Part shown: positions 1 through 14,096 of the stretch, one piece after another
Position numbering within the stretch: the stretch's first letter is position 1
Layout of the letters: every line of letters begins with the position of its first letter
Assembly: GCA_051294905.1 (NCBI GenBank)
Contig: CM119371.1
Location: 32,366,001-32,430,000, forward strand
Direction: 5' to 3'
DNA length: 64,000 nt
From: Botryllus schlosseri
Taxonomy: Eukaryota
Made by a program: the position numbers and the translations under genes
The notes under the pieces: model-generated
The model's database searches: none
What the model was told of the DNA's origin: nothing
What the model saw: the letters and a program-made list of their open reading frames with translations, nothing else

Positions 1-507
1 ATCGACCGGATAAAAATAATAATGCCGCTGATTATTTATCGATTAAACCATATGCGGCCTTAAAAACAGTGCAACTCAGCTGGCGAGAGCATTTATTCCA
101 AATTAAGCCTAATTTCACATAAGTCTCAGATAGCCACGGCCGATTTTAGAAATGATACATCACAAGGAAATTATCCAGGTGTCCAATGGTGTTTAAAAGA
201 AATGTTACTTAGTGCAACAAAGCATAACCTCCGTTTGACGTTTTAAAATCCTGTAATTGCGACATTGATACCTGAGAATTGCCCTGCTGTACCTTAAACG
301 CAAAGGATCAGGCATTGTAATAGAGTATCAGGTTACTGTAACCTGGAGGCAAAAAAGGACTCGCCAAGTATCACTAAAGAATACCTGGTCTGGTATACTA
401 GTAAAAGAGTAATATTTTCAGACTCTATAAAGTTTAATACTACAAGTGCGAGTGGGCAAAATGATTCGAAGAGCTTCTTGGAGGTACAGAACTTCAATAT
501 ACAATTG

Positions 508-665
508 AATAGCATATTGATATTGAGATGAACCCGAATATTTCCGGCTGACACTCGTCAGGGGTAATTGTCAGCTACTAGTAGAGAATTGGAAAGAACA
601 TTGTATATCAGCAATCCTATGACAAAATATGACGTCACCAACACGAAATTTCGAATAAGAGAGTA
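508..665 (+). repeat. Dispersed repeat (transposon end), inverted relative to the copy at 7010-7166
   Basis: About 160 bp (AATAGCATATTG...GAAATTTCGAATAAGAGAG) is the reverse complement of 7010-7166, with scattered mismatches. Confidence 0.8.
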
Positions 666-1603
666 GGCTACTATTTTAGTGGAAATAAAATATCTGTGGA
701 GTCGCGAACGACCTGCGACATTATTCCACAGTGCAATGAAAACGGTATATAGCCTATATGGTCAAAAAATACAAAATATTTATTAAATTCTTAATGGCAG
801 CATAAAAAGGTACACATTTGCACTTTCCATGTCATTCGTGCATACTGATTCGACGCTATATTGAGTGATACTGGAATAAAATCATTCACGTAGGCCACTC
901 GATTTTGCTCAGCCCGATTTAATACTCAACCAAACAACCTTGTCGCTGGCCTATTATATGCCAAAACAATATAGAATGTATTATTAGTGTAGAAATGACT
1001 AAAACAACAACGAAAGGTATCAATAATAGACAGTGTCTTTGTCTTACGGAGTGACAGACATTACTTAATAACTGGGGCTTCGCCATTACTGACCAGTAAG
1101 CTTTTAATGCTGCATATCACCAATAATGTCAGACATTAATCAGACACAGCCGTCGATATTATAGATTATTTCATTAGCCTAAAACCAATATGATGAGTTC
1201 ACCAACGAACAGATTCAATCATTACAATCAATATCATATATAATATTATTAATAGATACTAAGATTCCATCCACCTATCGATAGTACATCCACAAACGGC
1301 TAAAAATAACTCAAAACAAATGACAGCAAAGCCATACCCCTGATTTACAGCACTGGTGGGATAACACGACTATTATTTTCACACCAACCTCAACTTTATA
1401 CACTCCTTTTCCCTAGTATAGCACACTGAAAATCAACTTGTTTCGATGGCGTAGCGTCACAATCACGCGATAATCTAGTGTGCCTCCATATGGAAGCAGC
1501 ACGCCGAGTATGAATTAGTATATCTAGCCTGGTATAAATATAGTCCACTATCATCAGCTGCAACATGATATGAGTTAGGCCATCAACCATGATCTCATAG
1601 CAA

Positions 1604-2076
1604 CAGACTTGTACCAACTACTAATCCAGTTACGGTAGTTTTTTTTGATTAGTTGTGTTTCTAGTCACGAATTTTGAAAAGTGTTTGTAGTTGTAGTTCT
1701 AGTTGCGGATTTTGAAAAGTGAGTAGTTCTAGTTCTAGTTTTAGCTGTGCATATAGAAAAAAATTTGGTTGCCAAACAACTAGAAAACACTTGCCGTCGT
1801 TAGGCGTGAATCGTGATACCGATGCAAGTGTTATGGGGTGGGTTTTAGGGGTCGAAACCCCTCTCATTTCAAACTTGAACTGACGTATATGTGAAAACCG
1901 ATCCGATTCCGATAAAATAAATATTAATAAGTTGCTTAATTGCTTCTGTTGTGTTTTAGTTGTTGGTTGCAGATTTTCAAAGGACGTTAGTTCTGGTTCT
2001 AGTTGCGAGCTAGCGAGAGTGAGTAGTTTCAGTTCTAGTTGCGCATTTCGAAAATACAGCAGTTTGTTCAGGTCTG
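1604..2076. mobile_element. Non-autonomous hAT-like element with (AACTAG)n subterminal motifs; related pieces at ~4146-4210, ~10890-11045 and ~51600-51699/54300-54330
   Basis: Imperfect TIRs CAGACTTGTACCAACT / AGTTTGTTCAGGTCTG and repeated TAGTTCTAGTT motifs. Homologous segments recur in the window. TSD is degenerate. Confidence 0.55.
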
Positions 2077-3710
2077 CATCAACACCACACTGACATGAAT
2101 TTGATATCATTACAGCCGGAAAATATTTTATAGCCTTATCGTAACTAAATTTCAACAACTTCCGGGATATAATTATGGCCTTGGTTATATTTTGAGAATA
2201 TGGTATGGATGTCTGAGGCTATACCCTACACTAGCGAGCCACGCAGAGGTGGCGATTCCAAACCAGGCCCTAAATAACAGGGGGTGATGTCTGACATCAG
2301 TTACATGACACAGAAAATGCCAGTACGGTTTGAGAACTAGCTAGCCTAATATTTTTGAATGTAATGCATATAGGTGGATTTCAGGCCACACCAGATCATT
2401 CTCATTAGCACGAGAACAGCAAATGTCTGTACAGTGTACAGCAAGTTCTTCAGAAAAAAACGGAAATTTGATTATAATCAGATTACCAGCATTTCGCTGC
2501 AACTGCAACTATTTTATTAGAAAAATAAAATTCTCTAATTGTCCAAGTCTGGCTATAGGATTCAGAAATAATGACCATACCTTTTCTGAAAAGTGCCATA
2601 TAACGTTTAAACTGAATGACAGTAGTGTTTGTATGCTGTACAGAGGTCATGAAACCTCAGTCAGCGATCCGTCTATCAACAAACTATTTTCCCATTTCAA
2701 GTTAGATCTTAGGTTTACAATTTTTCACACAGGACATTGAACACAATAGCAGGAAACAAACTAAACTTTGAATAGAGTTTACTATCAATACATTAGAAAG
2801 AGTTTAGTGATGAGGAAATGTGAGTCAGTAAAGTAAAATTCATTGAACTTAAAAGAGTGTTCAGTGTTCATTCAACAGTATTTACAGTAACACATGAGAT
2901 TTTAGCATCAGCATAGTATTTTACACACATCAATTTAAGAAACAGGTTTATGATTATAGTCTCTTTACCATCAGTATATCATCAATAAAGTTGTCATTGC
3001 GTCGTTAAGCTTCAAAAAGATAATTTTACCTATGTGGTTGACATAAGTTTATTTATTGCGCATATGAAAGGTTAACGGCACCTCGCAACCAACAGGTCTT
3101 CCAAATCTCACAGGATAAGTAACTGCAATTCATCAAGATTGACCTATAAATAACCCAATATGCCGACATTTGTACTGCAAATAGCCACTACAGCGGCTGA
3201 TTAACGGTCTATTGGGTTTCAGACTGATATAAATGACCATGGTCAAGGTGTGTTGCGTTCTATGCGGCACAGATGATCACTAATGTAAGCGGTGTTGGAA
3301 TCATTGTGTTTCTACAATTCCAAAACTATCCAGTAGGTCTTTAGGCTTTGCTTTCCATATTTATGAAAGTAGTTGTATTATACTCGGTGCAGTATACTAC
3401 CAATCATGCTGATATTAAGTGAAACACTTCATTTTCAAATTTATTAAGGAGGTATTGGCGAGATTATGGAATTTTGGGTATAAAATTTTTATAAAACCAA
3501 GTTTTCTCTACGTTATAGTGATTAACTTTCTGGTATCACCTTGTATAACTACCAGAGTTACAGCAAACACACGTATTAGTTTAGCAGTGGCTAAAGTATT
3601 GCTTTCATAATATTATTAATAATAATACTTATTTTACTAGCCTATTTTTAATTCGAAATTCACGAAACACCACATTTAGCATGATGAATTCACTGGCAAA
3701 AAGTAGTGAC

Positions 3711-4140
3711 AGTATTGACTCGACTTGTACTCGAGTCATTGTGAACCGAGTCATATGACTCGAAACTAGGACGGCCAAGACAGACATTTCATTGTAACGT
3801 CATCGAAAAGTAAAGTCACCACATGATTGGTAGTTAGTCTATCAGTCCTGATACTTGGAAAATAGGGCCAGAAACTGTTAGGACTGAGGAAAATTACGAT
3901 ATTATGAAAGCGAGCCATCTACAGCAATCGAGCAGAGTTGAAAAAATTGAACGGTGAGCAAAACGACTTGGACTCGGACTCGAGTCATAACACTATCACT
4001 CCGACTCGACCCTCTACACACTGACTTGGACTCAGACTTGACTCGGTGGTGCATTGAGAATGACTCGACTTGACTCGAGTCAAAACTATAAAAGTGAGAT
4101 TGACTTGTGACTCGGAGCCTTGCGACTTGGTCACAACCCG
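3711..4140. mobile_element. Degenerate element with GACTCG/GACTTG subterminal repeats (same type as 51700-54299)
   Basis: Dense GACTCGA/GACTTGA motifs. The right end GACTTGGTCACAACCCGG resembles GACTTGATCCCAACACTG at 54282-54299. Confidence 0.5.
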
Positions 4141-4244
4141 GGTAAGGTAGTTCTAGTTTCAGATGCGCATTTTGAAAATCCAGTAGTTTGCACAAGTTTG
4201 TACAAGCCTGTACCACACCAACTCTCTACGTATTCAGTATTCAC

Positions 4245-4358
4245 CTTTAAATGGAATATGGTGTCTTCCGCATCCAGGTCAATGCGATAAGACTTCTTCT
4301 GTGTAGACATCACGCTCAGTCCAACATCCAAGATTCCGTGTAGCTTGCCTTTTGCGAT
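4245..4358 (-). CDS. OSBPL6: Exon of an oxysterol-binding protein-related protein 3/6/7 orthologue (PH domain)
   Basis: 114-nt phase 0/0 exon with acceptor ttttgcttatgtgtAG and donor GTgaat. Translates IAKGKLHGILDVGLSVMSTQKKSYRIDLDAEDTIFHLK, matching the ORP3/6/7 PH motif (GK.HG.IDVGLSVMS.KK...RIDLD.E..I.HLK). The symbol stands for the OSBPL3/6/7 group. Confidence 0.92.
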
Positions 4359-7009
4359 CTACACATAAGCAAAATGCATATTGACAGAGTGGTTGGCAAT
4401 ACATACAAGAACTCATTCACAAGAGATCCATTCAATGGGCAATGAACAATAAGGCTGCTCGAAAATAACCTTTTTTTTTCAAAATTTACTGGGACAGTGG
4501 CACTTGATAAAATTGTTAGGTCATTTGCACACAAAATTTGGCTGAATTTCAACTAGTAGAAGCGTTGATCTTAGAGAAAGTTTTTGATTAATCGGACAGG
4601 CTAAAATCATTGAATTATTCAATAATGAAAAATTTTGTACTCAAATAAATTGGAATCTACGGGCTGGCATTGAGCCTGATTTGCTTTGCATCTGTTTCAG
4701 ACAACAATTTTATGGAGTACTCAGGATGCAGTAAGATTTCAAACTTTTTAGCTTTATTCTCAAATAAATTCAAAACTCTCTCCTATGATACCAACACTTT
4801 GACAGGTTACAATTAAGCAAAATTTTTTGCAGCCAGCGTTTTTTATAGGCAATGTAACGATGTTATCTAGTAGTCAGTGAAATTAGACAGTTATTTTTTA
4901 TCAACCCTAATGTGCATTTGTCCATATATCAAATGAGGACTGATTTTCAGAGTTGCAAAATGATTACAATAGTTATTTCAATCAATCTTAGTGGCAACGT
5001 CTCTGGTACAAAGTAATGAATAAGAGTCCACTGTGTACTACGGCAGTAAAACTCGTGCACACAATGAATGCAGAATGACCCAGTAAAATTTTCATGGTGT
5101 TTTCCACCATTAGCCATTAATATGGTGACAGCTTATGGAAGTTTCCTGGAACAATCTGTATTGAATATGAGTCACGCACAAAGCAGTTACAAGCTTTCTG
5201 CTAATAGTAAATTGATTCTGGTAATATGACACAATGTGTTGGAAAAGGCTATTATTTACTGGTATACGCATCTAGATAAGTGGAATTCGGACTCTAGATT
5301 GTATATCACCTATCACGTCACAATTATACTTGTTCACATTTGATAGAGGGCTAAAAAAAATAGAACATGTTTTCAGTGCTGGAGTTTTCGAAATACGCAA
5401 TACAAACAATATAATAAAATTCTTTGTTTGATGTGAATTTTGAAATAGCCTACTAATTGAAGAGCGTGCGTCGATCTGTTCACCAAAAACACTAAAATAT
5501 TGCATGTATAAATAAATTTTTCAAGGTCCCCTGGCAAGTCCTATTCACGTGCAAGGTTAAAAGTTGTATATCAATGCAAATACCTGAAAATTCAAGTCTT
5601 TAACCATGTGAGCTGCTTTTATCCCAAAATCGTCACAGGTCTTATGGACAGATGTATTAAATTACTTAAACGATAGGTTTGAACCATTTTTGCCATGTTC
5701 TATCCCAAAATCGTCACAGGTTTTACAGACATGTATACTTGAGCACTTATGCTGCATTAAATTCTTTCAACAGCAAGTTTAGCAGTGAATGCACTAGACG
5801 GAGCAAGCCAATAACTCATTACTTTGAAAGCGATCAATCAACTTAGTCATCACCATTAGCTGCAAACAGGTTCCTCTGACATACTTAACAGGTTGGCAAT
5901 ATTCAGGTTATTTAGTACCACTCATAATAAATGAAAAATGTGAGCGAGTTACTATCAATTCACAATACCTTGTAATGTCTTACATATTTTTAGTGTGGGA
6001 AGTGTATGATAATGCAACTAAATAATCAAGGGCACGTTAGGATGACTAGCTGATTCTCGGATAACGGCACATAAAATGAATGGTGTGACTTAGCTATAGA
6101 ACTCAGTTACTCAGTTATGATATATATTGATTATTATTGATCAAGCACATCTCACTCAAGGCAAAGTGATGACAACTTGAAGCAACTGCGCAGTTCACCA
6201 GTTGTTATTGAATCTCTCAAGATCGTATTCATCAAGAGTTGGAAAATACCAGGTCAATGGTCAGATTAAGTCATTAAGAGTTCATCCTCTGATTCAAATC
6301 TCCTTTCTCTTAAGAATCAGCATAACAAGGAGAGTTGTCATTAATGATTATGATGTGGCCAGGTCGTAATCAAAATGACATTTCATACAATCATTTTGGT
6401 GTAATTGTTACATACATCCCCCATTTTTTATGTCACCGTGTTTGACGACTTATTTAGATTAGATGTTTTGGTTTGTACTCTTGATTATCCTTGTTGCGTC
6501 CAGTGAAGTAATTCAGATTATAGAAGCAGCCCCGTTAGTCAAGACATTTTTGCACACATTGGCTATATCTGATACACTACATCATGTCCCGGCCCTGATG
6601 ATCAAACAAAACGCTTTTGATACCATCCCCTACATCACATCGCTTTGCCACGTTAAGTAAATAGGCCCACTAAAAATCTTGTGACAAATTGTGATGTAAC
6701 TTCGATGCCAGCGACTTAGATGTTATCGTTGATAAGTTGAAGGTCAAAATCTGTACACCTACATAAAGTTTAGTCGCCATAGGTGATATTTGAAATGGAT
6801 AATATACAATTACCGAGTATTCCTGATGGAAAACCGGTTTAAGCAAATGGCATGTGGTTAAGTCACCTTTATTTATGGGCACAGATCGTAGGTCGAGGCC
6901 GTTCACAATTCCATTTGTGTGCCTTGGAATCAACTTTTATCAAAATACACCAACCAAAACTCTGTCAACAAAAGGAGTTCGTGTATCACCTAAAAATAGT
7001 ACATTGAAC

Positions 7010-7166
7010 GCTCTCTCATTCGAAATTTCTTGCTGGTGACGTCATATTTTGTGATACGATTGTTGATATACAATGTTCTTTCCAATTCTCTACTAGTTGC
7101 TGACGATTACCCCTGACGAGTGTCAGCCGAAAATATTCGGGTTCATTTCAATATGAATATACTATT
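7010..7166 (-). repeat. Dispersed repeat, inverted partner of 508-665
   Basis: Reverse-complement match to 508-665. Confidence 0.8.
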
Positions 7167-8324
7167 TAATAGAATTTATATATCATGCAAAAGTGTAAAA
7201 TATTGACTTAGACAATTGACCTATGGTTAGGCTTGTTCTTAAGCAGTACAACACCACATCAAAACTAAACCACAGAAGTCTTGATACCATTTATGACCTT
7301 TTCGCAGCCTAACCAATTCAAATAACATAGTTGAGATTGGTATTCTTGACTAAAATAACAAAATATACAGACTGTCTTGTCAGTTTTGAAACTCTGCTCT
7401 CACATTATAACCAAGTCTGTGAAAAATCGACACGACATCACTCATTGATTTGTAATCATGAATTCGTAGGATTTGCAGCGTGAATTTGTGATTGACCGAT
7501 TGCCCGTCAATCATCGAAAGCCGAAACTGTCAGATTTAGCAGCGTGTATTTGATCGCAGGTGAAATATTCATTTTAATCCGCCAATAATGTAGGTTCATT
7601 CTCAAAATCTACAAAGCTTTAAAAGTATATTTAGCTTATTGGAATACTAACCTCAACCTGGCAGTAGGCCTACCAATAAATAGTGTCGTATGTCTAATAT
7701 AACATTCGTTTCAGGTTCAGGACTACATTCATCACAGTACAAGATATTGAGCTCGAACAGTTTTCATGTGGTCCCTTTTAACTGTGTAGTGTGTAAGGGC
7801 ACAATAACAAGCATACAAACAGATATTCCAAGGAAAAGTGTTTGTGGATATTACGTACCATAGGCTGTATAATCTAATTTTGAAAAACAAATAACAATGG
7901 AATTTTCTGATTCATCTGCCTACCTCAAGCCACCACAGAGAATAGTAGGCCTATTTGTTAGGCTATCAGAATACAATTGGTTTGTTCCATAGGCCTAATA
8001 TGATATTTGCAAGGAATTGAAAAAATAATCAAATTTATAATCGGAAGAGATTCTGGGCAGTACAGAATTAGTAAACTACGATATAGAATTGAATAAAATA
8101 TTCATTTTTTTTTAATCGGAATATATTATTACATTCAAAATCGTCTAATTAACATAATGAATTCACACAAAATAGGCTATGCGAGTAATCCAAAGGGTAT
8201 ATCATATTATTAAACATGGATGGAGCAAAAAATCCCCCAGATTATTCAAGACCCACACAATGATGTAAGGTCCAATTTACCACCATACAGACGCAAGAAC
8301 GTAATTAAACTTTGATCAACTTAC

Positions 8325-8378
8325 GTCGTGCGGCGATTTTGCATATTTCATGAAGCCTTTCTCCAGCACAAAGAACCT
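8325..8378 (-). CDS. OSBPL6: Exon of the OSBPL3/6/7 orthologue (PH domain)
   Basis: 54-nt phase 0/0 exon, ttcAG...GTaagt. Translates RFFVLEKGFMKYAKSPHD and joins its neighbours in frame. Confidence 0.92.
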
Positions 8379-8896
8379 CTGAATAAATTGGTACATATTA
8401 GTCAAAATGAAATTTCACATACAGTAGGCCAGTGGTAAATACGCATACAAAGTACAGCCAAAAATCAATCGAACATGTCACAAAATCCCTGAATCAATCG
8501 AAGCTTTTGAAACCACAGTCTGATTTGAATGAAACCCAGGCCTATCTTACACGAGACCAACGGATGGTTAGTAATTGAACAAATCTAACGACAACATTGA
8601 CATATTTTCCAGGGCGTTATATTGCATCAAACAACTGAACATTATTTGGTATGCATGAAAACGTAACTGCTGTCTATGTTGAGTTGCAGACCTTCGCGAT
8701 ATTTTTCGTTAGCCTTAGCCCCCCCCAAGATTTAGAATTCTTAATGGAATCATACTAGCCAGATATTAAGCTTGGCAATACACTATTCATTACGGTTGGG
8801 CACAATGATCAGAATACCTGAATCTGTCACTAATAGATAATTTATAAACGAAAATTATCGTTTTTTGATACTGTATCCACTGTGGGAGCCTTAAAC

Positions 8897-9456
8897 CATA
8901 GACTACTAACATAGGGATGGATACGCAACTCCCGATGGTTACGCTTGGGCAATCAGTATCTATTGTTGCTGAGCAATCTTAAAGCAGCCTGATTGGTAGT
9001 GCTATAGCTGGTGACCAGATCGTTGAAATTTAATATAACTGGTCTTAATCGAAAGCTAGTGTCACATTGATTTCGAAAACACAAATTAAAACATGTCAGG
9101 GCAATAGAATCCTCCCAAAACAGCTCTTAAAGTCTGAAAATCAGCATTTTTTCAACAATGGCACTGTCGCAGGACAATGAACGTAACAATGTCCAAATTC
9201 GTCAAGCGATTGTTCGGAACAGTGCAGATTTTCAGACTTTGAGGGCTGTTTTGAGGTGGTTCCATTGTCCTGACAAGATTTTAATTTGTATTGCCGGAAT
9301 CAGTGCGACACTAGCTTTCGAGTAAGACCAGTTTTATTAAATTTCAGCTATAGAACTACCAATTATGCTGCTGTTAGATTGCTCAGCAATTTGCCTAATC
9401 ACATCGACGGGTTTTGAGGGAGATTTGTGTATCAATACGTAGGTTAGCAATCTATA
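8897..9456. mobile_element. Old palindromic MITE (CATAG/TATAG termini), related to 57062-57651
   Basis: Two ~270-bp arms are imperfect reverse complements; the internal sequence aligns by eye with the 57062 MITE. Confidence 0.7.
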
Positions 9457-11280
9457 GCCTACTTATACTGCGAAAGGTCATATCGTTGCATGTCACACAA
9501 GTTGTAGAAAGCTACACACGTTAATGGAAATGACATAATTGCGAAGATGTGATCCCCCCACAGCATTACCACAAAGTGCAATGAAATAGGTATGGCCGAA
9601 AACATACAAAAGTAGGCTACACATTTTAAATGTGATGTGGAGCTGGCATCATATTGTGTGCGGTACATATTTGAACAATGAACATGCATAGTCAAGGTGC
9701 ATATTTTAGGTTCCCACATCGTTCACATTGTCATACCAACTAATATCGAATGGATTTTGACTATCCCCTCTTTGTCATGCCAATTTATAGGCTAACAAGG
9801 AAAGCTGATTCCTTTGATCATTTTCAAAATAGGTAACATTGATTGCTTATAAGAGTCGATAACTATGAATTAAAACTGAGGATTTTGAGATGAAATATGC
9901 GGACTCAATATGACACAGTTATTCAAAATCAAAACAGTTGACGCAATGCATGCAATGTATCTTGTACGTACATGTACACTTGTACAGTACAACAAGACTT
10001 TTGTCTTTTTTATTGATATTCACACATCAGAAATTCGGGAAAGCTTCAGTATTGACAAATGGCAAACATTGGCAATCCATTTCAGTGCGATCAGTAATAT
10101 CGTATCCATTTACAATAAAAAAAAGCTGTACAGAATGCCATGTATACACTGTTGCATAAGCAAATCACTTCTCTGTAATGAGAATTTGGTATATCACATG
10201 ACTGAAGAGAGCATGTGTGTATCTGTTTATTTTGTTATATCCATATGATCTAGGTCAGGATGTATCGCCAACCCTTGTCTGATTTTATTGACCCTATCAT
10301 GTGTTAGTTACGAATTATTTTCATAAAAACTTATATAGTATAGGTTTATAGCACTTGTGTAGTCGAGTAAGATACCGGTAACACTAAGTTTCGACTTCAG
10401 TCAAGTGTTAGTGCACCGCCTGAGAGCCTAACATGAAATCACAACAGTAATTACGATTAGAAAGCTTAAATATATGCCATATATGTACGTTTTCGCGGCC
10501 ACAAACAAAATAACCTCACGGTAAAACGCCGTCAGAATAAATATTACCCTTCATGACCATGACAGTTTCGCAGAGCTTTGGGACAATGCTCTGGGTCGAA
10601 TTGTTACTTAATGGCAATGTTTTGGACAGCTGATTGCGATTAAAAGGCTGTCACATTGGTAGAAAAGTATCAATATACTATATTTCGCGTTCATAAAATA
10701 TCTTCTAGTGTGAACTTTAGCCATCCACAACTAGCTATTGGAAATAGCACCGATATTTCAAAGTGACGGGGTTTCGAATTTGAAATGGTTGAAGTTGTGA
10801 CACCCAAAACCTGCCCCTGGCTATGTCATGTCAGTAGTGACGACTCGAGCTGGCAATGGCTGCAAGAACATCACAAAACAGAACACCGGTCAGTATCACG
10901 ATTCACGCCAAACGTTGACCCATGTTTTGTTGTTGTTCCGACACTAATTCTCTTTTTAATGAAGGCCAAGACTAGAACTAGAAGTGCTCACTTTTTAAAA
11001 TCTGCAACTAGAACTAGAACTACTCATAAACTTAGTAGTTTGGTGATGGTCCTATTTTGTTTGCTCGAAGAAATCTATTCTCAATACCCGACTACAATTG
11101 ATACTCGGCTCAAGATTAGAGTACTGGAATCATTGTACCTAGCTATATCATCATGAAGCTGAATATACATGGTATTAATAAACAAATAATTGAGACAGCA
11201 TTCAAAAACCTCTGCAAATTTCTACATCAATATAATGCCTTCGATCACAAATCACGAAAAATGTGTTGAAGCGCAGTTAC

Positions 11281-11367
11281 CTTGTGCCAACCTTTCAAGG
11301 GCCATTTCCGCCTCTTCAACATATGGCCCTCGTACTTTTTCGGAGCATTCGCATGGTCGCCCATGTC
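11281..11367 (-). CDS. OSBPL6: Exon of the OSBPL3/6/7 orthologue (start of PH domain)
   Basis: 87-nt phase 0/0 exon, attttgttggtAG...GTaact. Translates DMGDHANAPKKYEGHMLKRRKWPLKGWHK, containing the diagnostic LK.RKWPLKGWHK motif. Confidence 0.93.
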
Positions 11368-13553
11368 CTACCAACAAAATAACACGAATACGTTAACTGT
11401 ATCCGACACTGCCTTACTGTATTGATTGCATGGAGCAACATGCCTATAAATATGCAGCGTAAAATGTGGTGCTAATGCGACGACATGTATAGGCCTATTG
11501 AGATATTTATGGGGGTTATCATTAGATTTGTATGGATTTTCATCAAGAATACCGGCTAAAATGTGGTATATAGTTCCACGTGGACTAAATATAAATCAAA
11601 ATATCAATATCCCCAATCCAGGCTGTAGAATGGAAAGATTCCTAGAGTCACAATTGTTTTAAAACATTTCAGTCAAGATCATTCTGAAAAACTTTTAAAA
11701 TCTGTAGGCCTGGTTTTGAGAGACATGAACACAATACGGTATTTGATGTGAAACAACAATGGTATTGAAATATTCATGCGTTTTACATGGAATGCTCGCA
11801 TCTCTTTCAGTAACCCAAAGATATTGAAATAAATTGCGAAGTATGCCTACAATGTCATAACGATATGCTGATGTCCGATATTTTTCCAAGTCTTGACACA
11901 GCATGCAGACGACAGACAAAATCAATTCACTGACAACATATAGCTTATTGATGCCAGAGAGAATTAGTTCTATCGAAAGAAGCACCAACAGAAATATAAT
12001 TAGAAACTAAGCTCTAACTCAGTGTTAAGAATCACGGAATCGTAGGCTATAACTGTATACCTGTAAACTATACTACCAAACAACTGCCAGCTGTTATCAG
12101 AATACAATGGTAGGTCTACTTGAAAATAATTATTGATATACCGTACGGTACTCTGTTGAGCCATTATAATAGTTCAGTAATTAAGTACAGCCAGGGGTAA
12201 GACCCAATTATTAATTCTGTATTACAAATACATGGGCTATAATACTTTATACAAGGCTCTGTACAGGCTGGAGAATGCAGCACACTATTGTGTCTCACTC
12301 AGGAACTGGAATTTGACCTTATCTACAAAACCTAGCCTAGTGGTAGCCTACTTTGAGTTATCACATATATGTATAGTAAGTGGACTGGACATAAAAGAAT
12401 AAGGATTCAGTTTCTAAATCCCGCAAAAGGTAGGGTCAAGTAGGCACCATTGTTAGGTATTATGTCCAACAAAGACATAATTACAATTACAAGGCCCTGT
12501 ACAGTGTACAGAGTAAGGAGAATTTTATTTCTATTGTGACGGAGGGAATATAATCTACCTTGTGTATGGATACATGTTGCAGATATAGGCCTATGTGCTC
12601 AGTCTATATTATATAATCAGGCACAATTGACTACATGAAAAGGATCATCAAGGGAAACAATATTCAGAATCCCATACGGCCATATCATCTAAGTATAATA
12701 CCCATCATACTTGTTTAAAATCATTGGGGCTAAAAACAGGCTGTCAAATCTGCACAGTAGTTTTCAAATTTCAGCTTCAATGAATTGCGAGTATTGATTC
12801 TCCAATGATGTAATCCAGGGGTGCGCAACCTTTTTGACAGACAGACCAAATATAATGAATTCAGTCAAGACGGGGGCCGCACATAGGCTTTCTAGTACAG
12901 TTGCACGGCCGACCATCTCATTAAGAAGTGGTAACTGCGACTGTAAATGTATATTCAAGTGATTTCAATGAATTCGTTCAATCTTTTAGCTCAAATGTAC
13001 CGGAATATAAACCAAATTTCAAAGTTATGTCATGCACACCATTCAAAATTCGTACTTACACAATCCTAATATAATCCCAATTTTTTGAAGTTCAATCTAG
13101 GCTATGGTACCATAGATCTTCGTATTGTTAGACACAAGGGCTCAACTAAATGAATAAAACTGACCAACATATATATATTATCAGATGGTAAGTGCATTTT
13201 ACAAAATCAGGACTACAAAAAAAGCTGTACCAAAATATTATATCACACACTACGACAGCTACAATACAAGCCAACAGAAAGAATGCAAGTGTTGTTCGAA
13301 GCAAATTTATATTCTATTTATTCAAAGGATTTTGTTGGCAGCGGCATGCAGAAAAATCAACAAAACAAAGATACTGAAAGCTGAATTTTTGAGGCTGGAA
13401 AACACCTTCCAGATTTCAACATTGACAAGTTGAAGATCGTAACTGAGTCTGACTGCAATGTTAAGCTACTGCAAAAAACATCAAAGAACAACTGAGTGAA
13501 AGCATTATATTACCATGCCACAAAGACAACACCAGATACACGGCAACACTTAC

Positions 13554-13578
13554 CGGACTCAAGTTTTCGATACTATCA
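13554..13578 (-). CDS. Candidate 25-nt micro-exon of the OSBPL gene
   Basis: Acceptor cacctttcAG and donor GTAAGT. Reads (t)DSIENLSP and ends in phase 0, matching the next exon. No homology support. Confidence 0.4.
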
Positions 13579-13665
13579 CTGAAAGGTGTCAATAAATTAT
13601 ACCCAGCTATTCGTACAATAACAAAGTAATGGTATATTACACATAGCTAACAGACTACGCCAAGC

Positions 13666-13774
13666 CAGGGGTGTCAAAATAACGGCCCGCGGGCTAACTG
13701 CAACGTTTGGCTGAAGTCTTCGCCTATTTACCTGAAGTATTGACTGATTATTTATAAAACTTTGGACACCCCTG
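13666..13774. mobile_element. Short hAT (Charlie-like) MITE
   Basis: Termini CAGGGGTGTCAAA / TTTGGACACCCCTG and a GGCCCGCGGGC subterminal motif. No clean TSD. Confidence 0.6.
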
Positions 13775-14096
13775 GTCTGTAGAGTCACTGACCTGACTTA
13801 TAGTTATTATTTACCACAAATCTTCAGCTAAAATGAACCAGTAGATGCGCTTGTATCAATAATCTGATGCTATATATGCATTCTAGTTTACTGGTCAGAC
13901 CAATCATATTTGCAAAGCTTTTTGTCGTTCGTTATCATATTTCAATGCTGAGAGAGAAAATTGAAGTTGACAAAAATAAAGATGTATTGCATTACCAATA
14001 AATAATGCACCGAAAAGCAACTGAAAATATTGACTTTCAAAGAATTCATCGACACTATGATCAACCCTTTATATGCTTTCATCATTCCATTCGATA

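Noticed and set aside
4131..4331. Ubiquitin-like ORF (SVMSTQKKSYRIDLDAEDTIFHLK)
   Set aside because: It is better explained as the ORP3/6/7 PH-domain exon, which splices in frame with two upstream exons.
6100..7000. Possible decayed coding sequence with Cys motifs on the minus strand (also ~2580-3420)
   Set aside because: Stops occur in the frames I read and no family is recognisable; it may be old transposon debris but cannot be supported.
508..7166. A single 6.7-kb TIR transposon bounded by the inverted repeats
   Set aside because: A conserved host exon in correct order and orientation lies between them and no clear TSD exists; two independent insertions are more likely.
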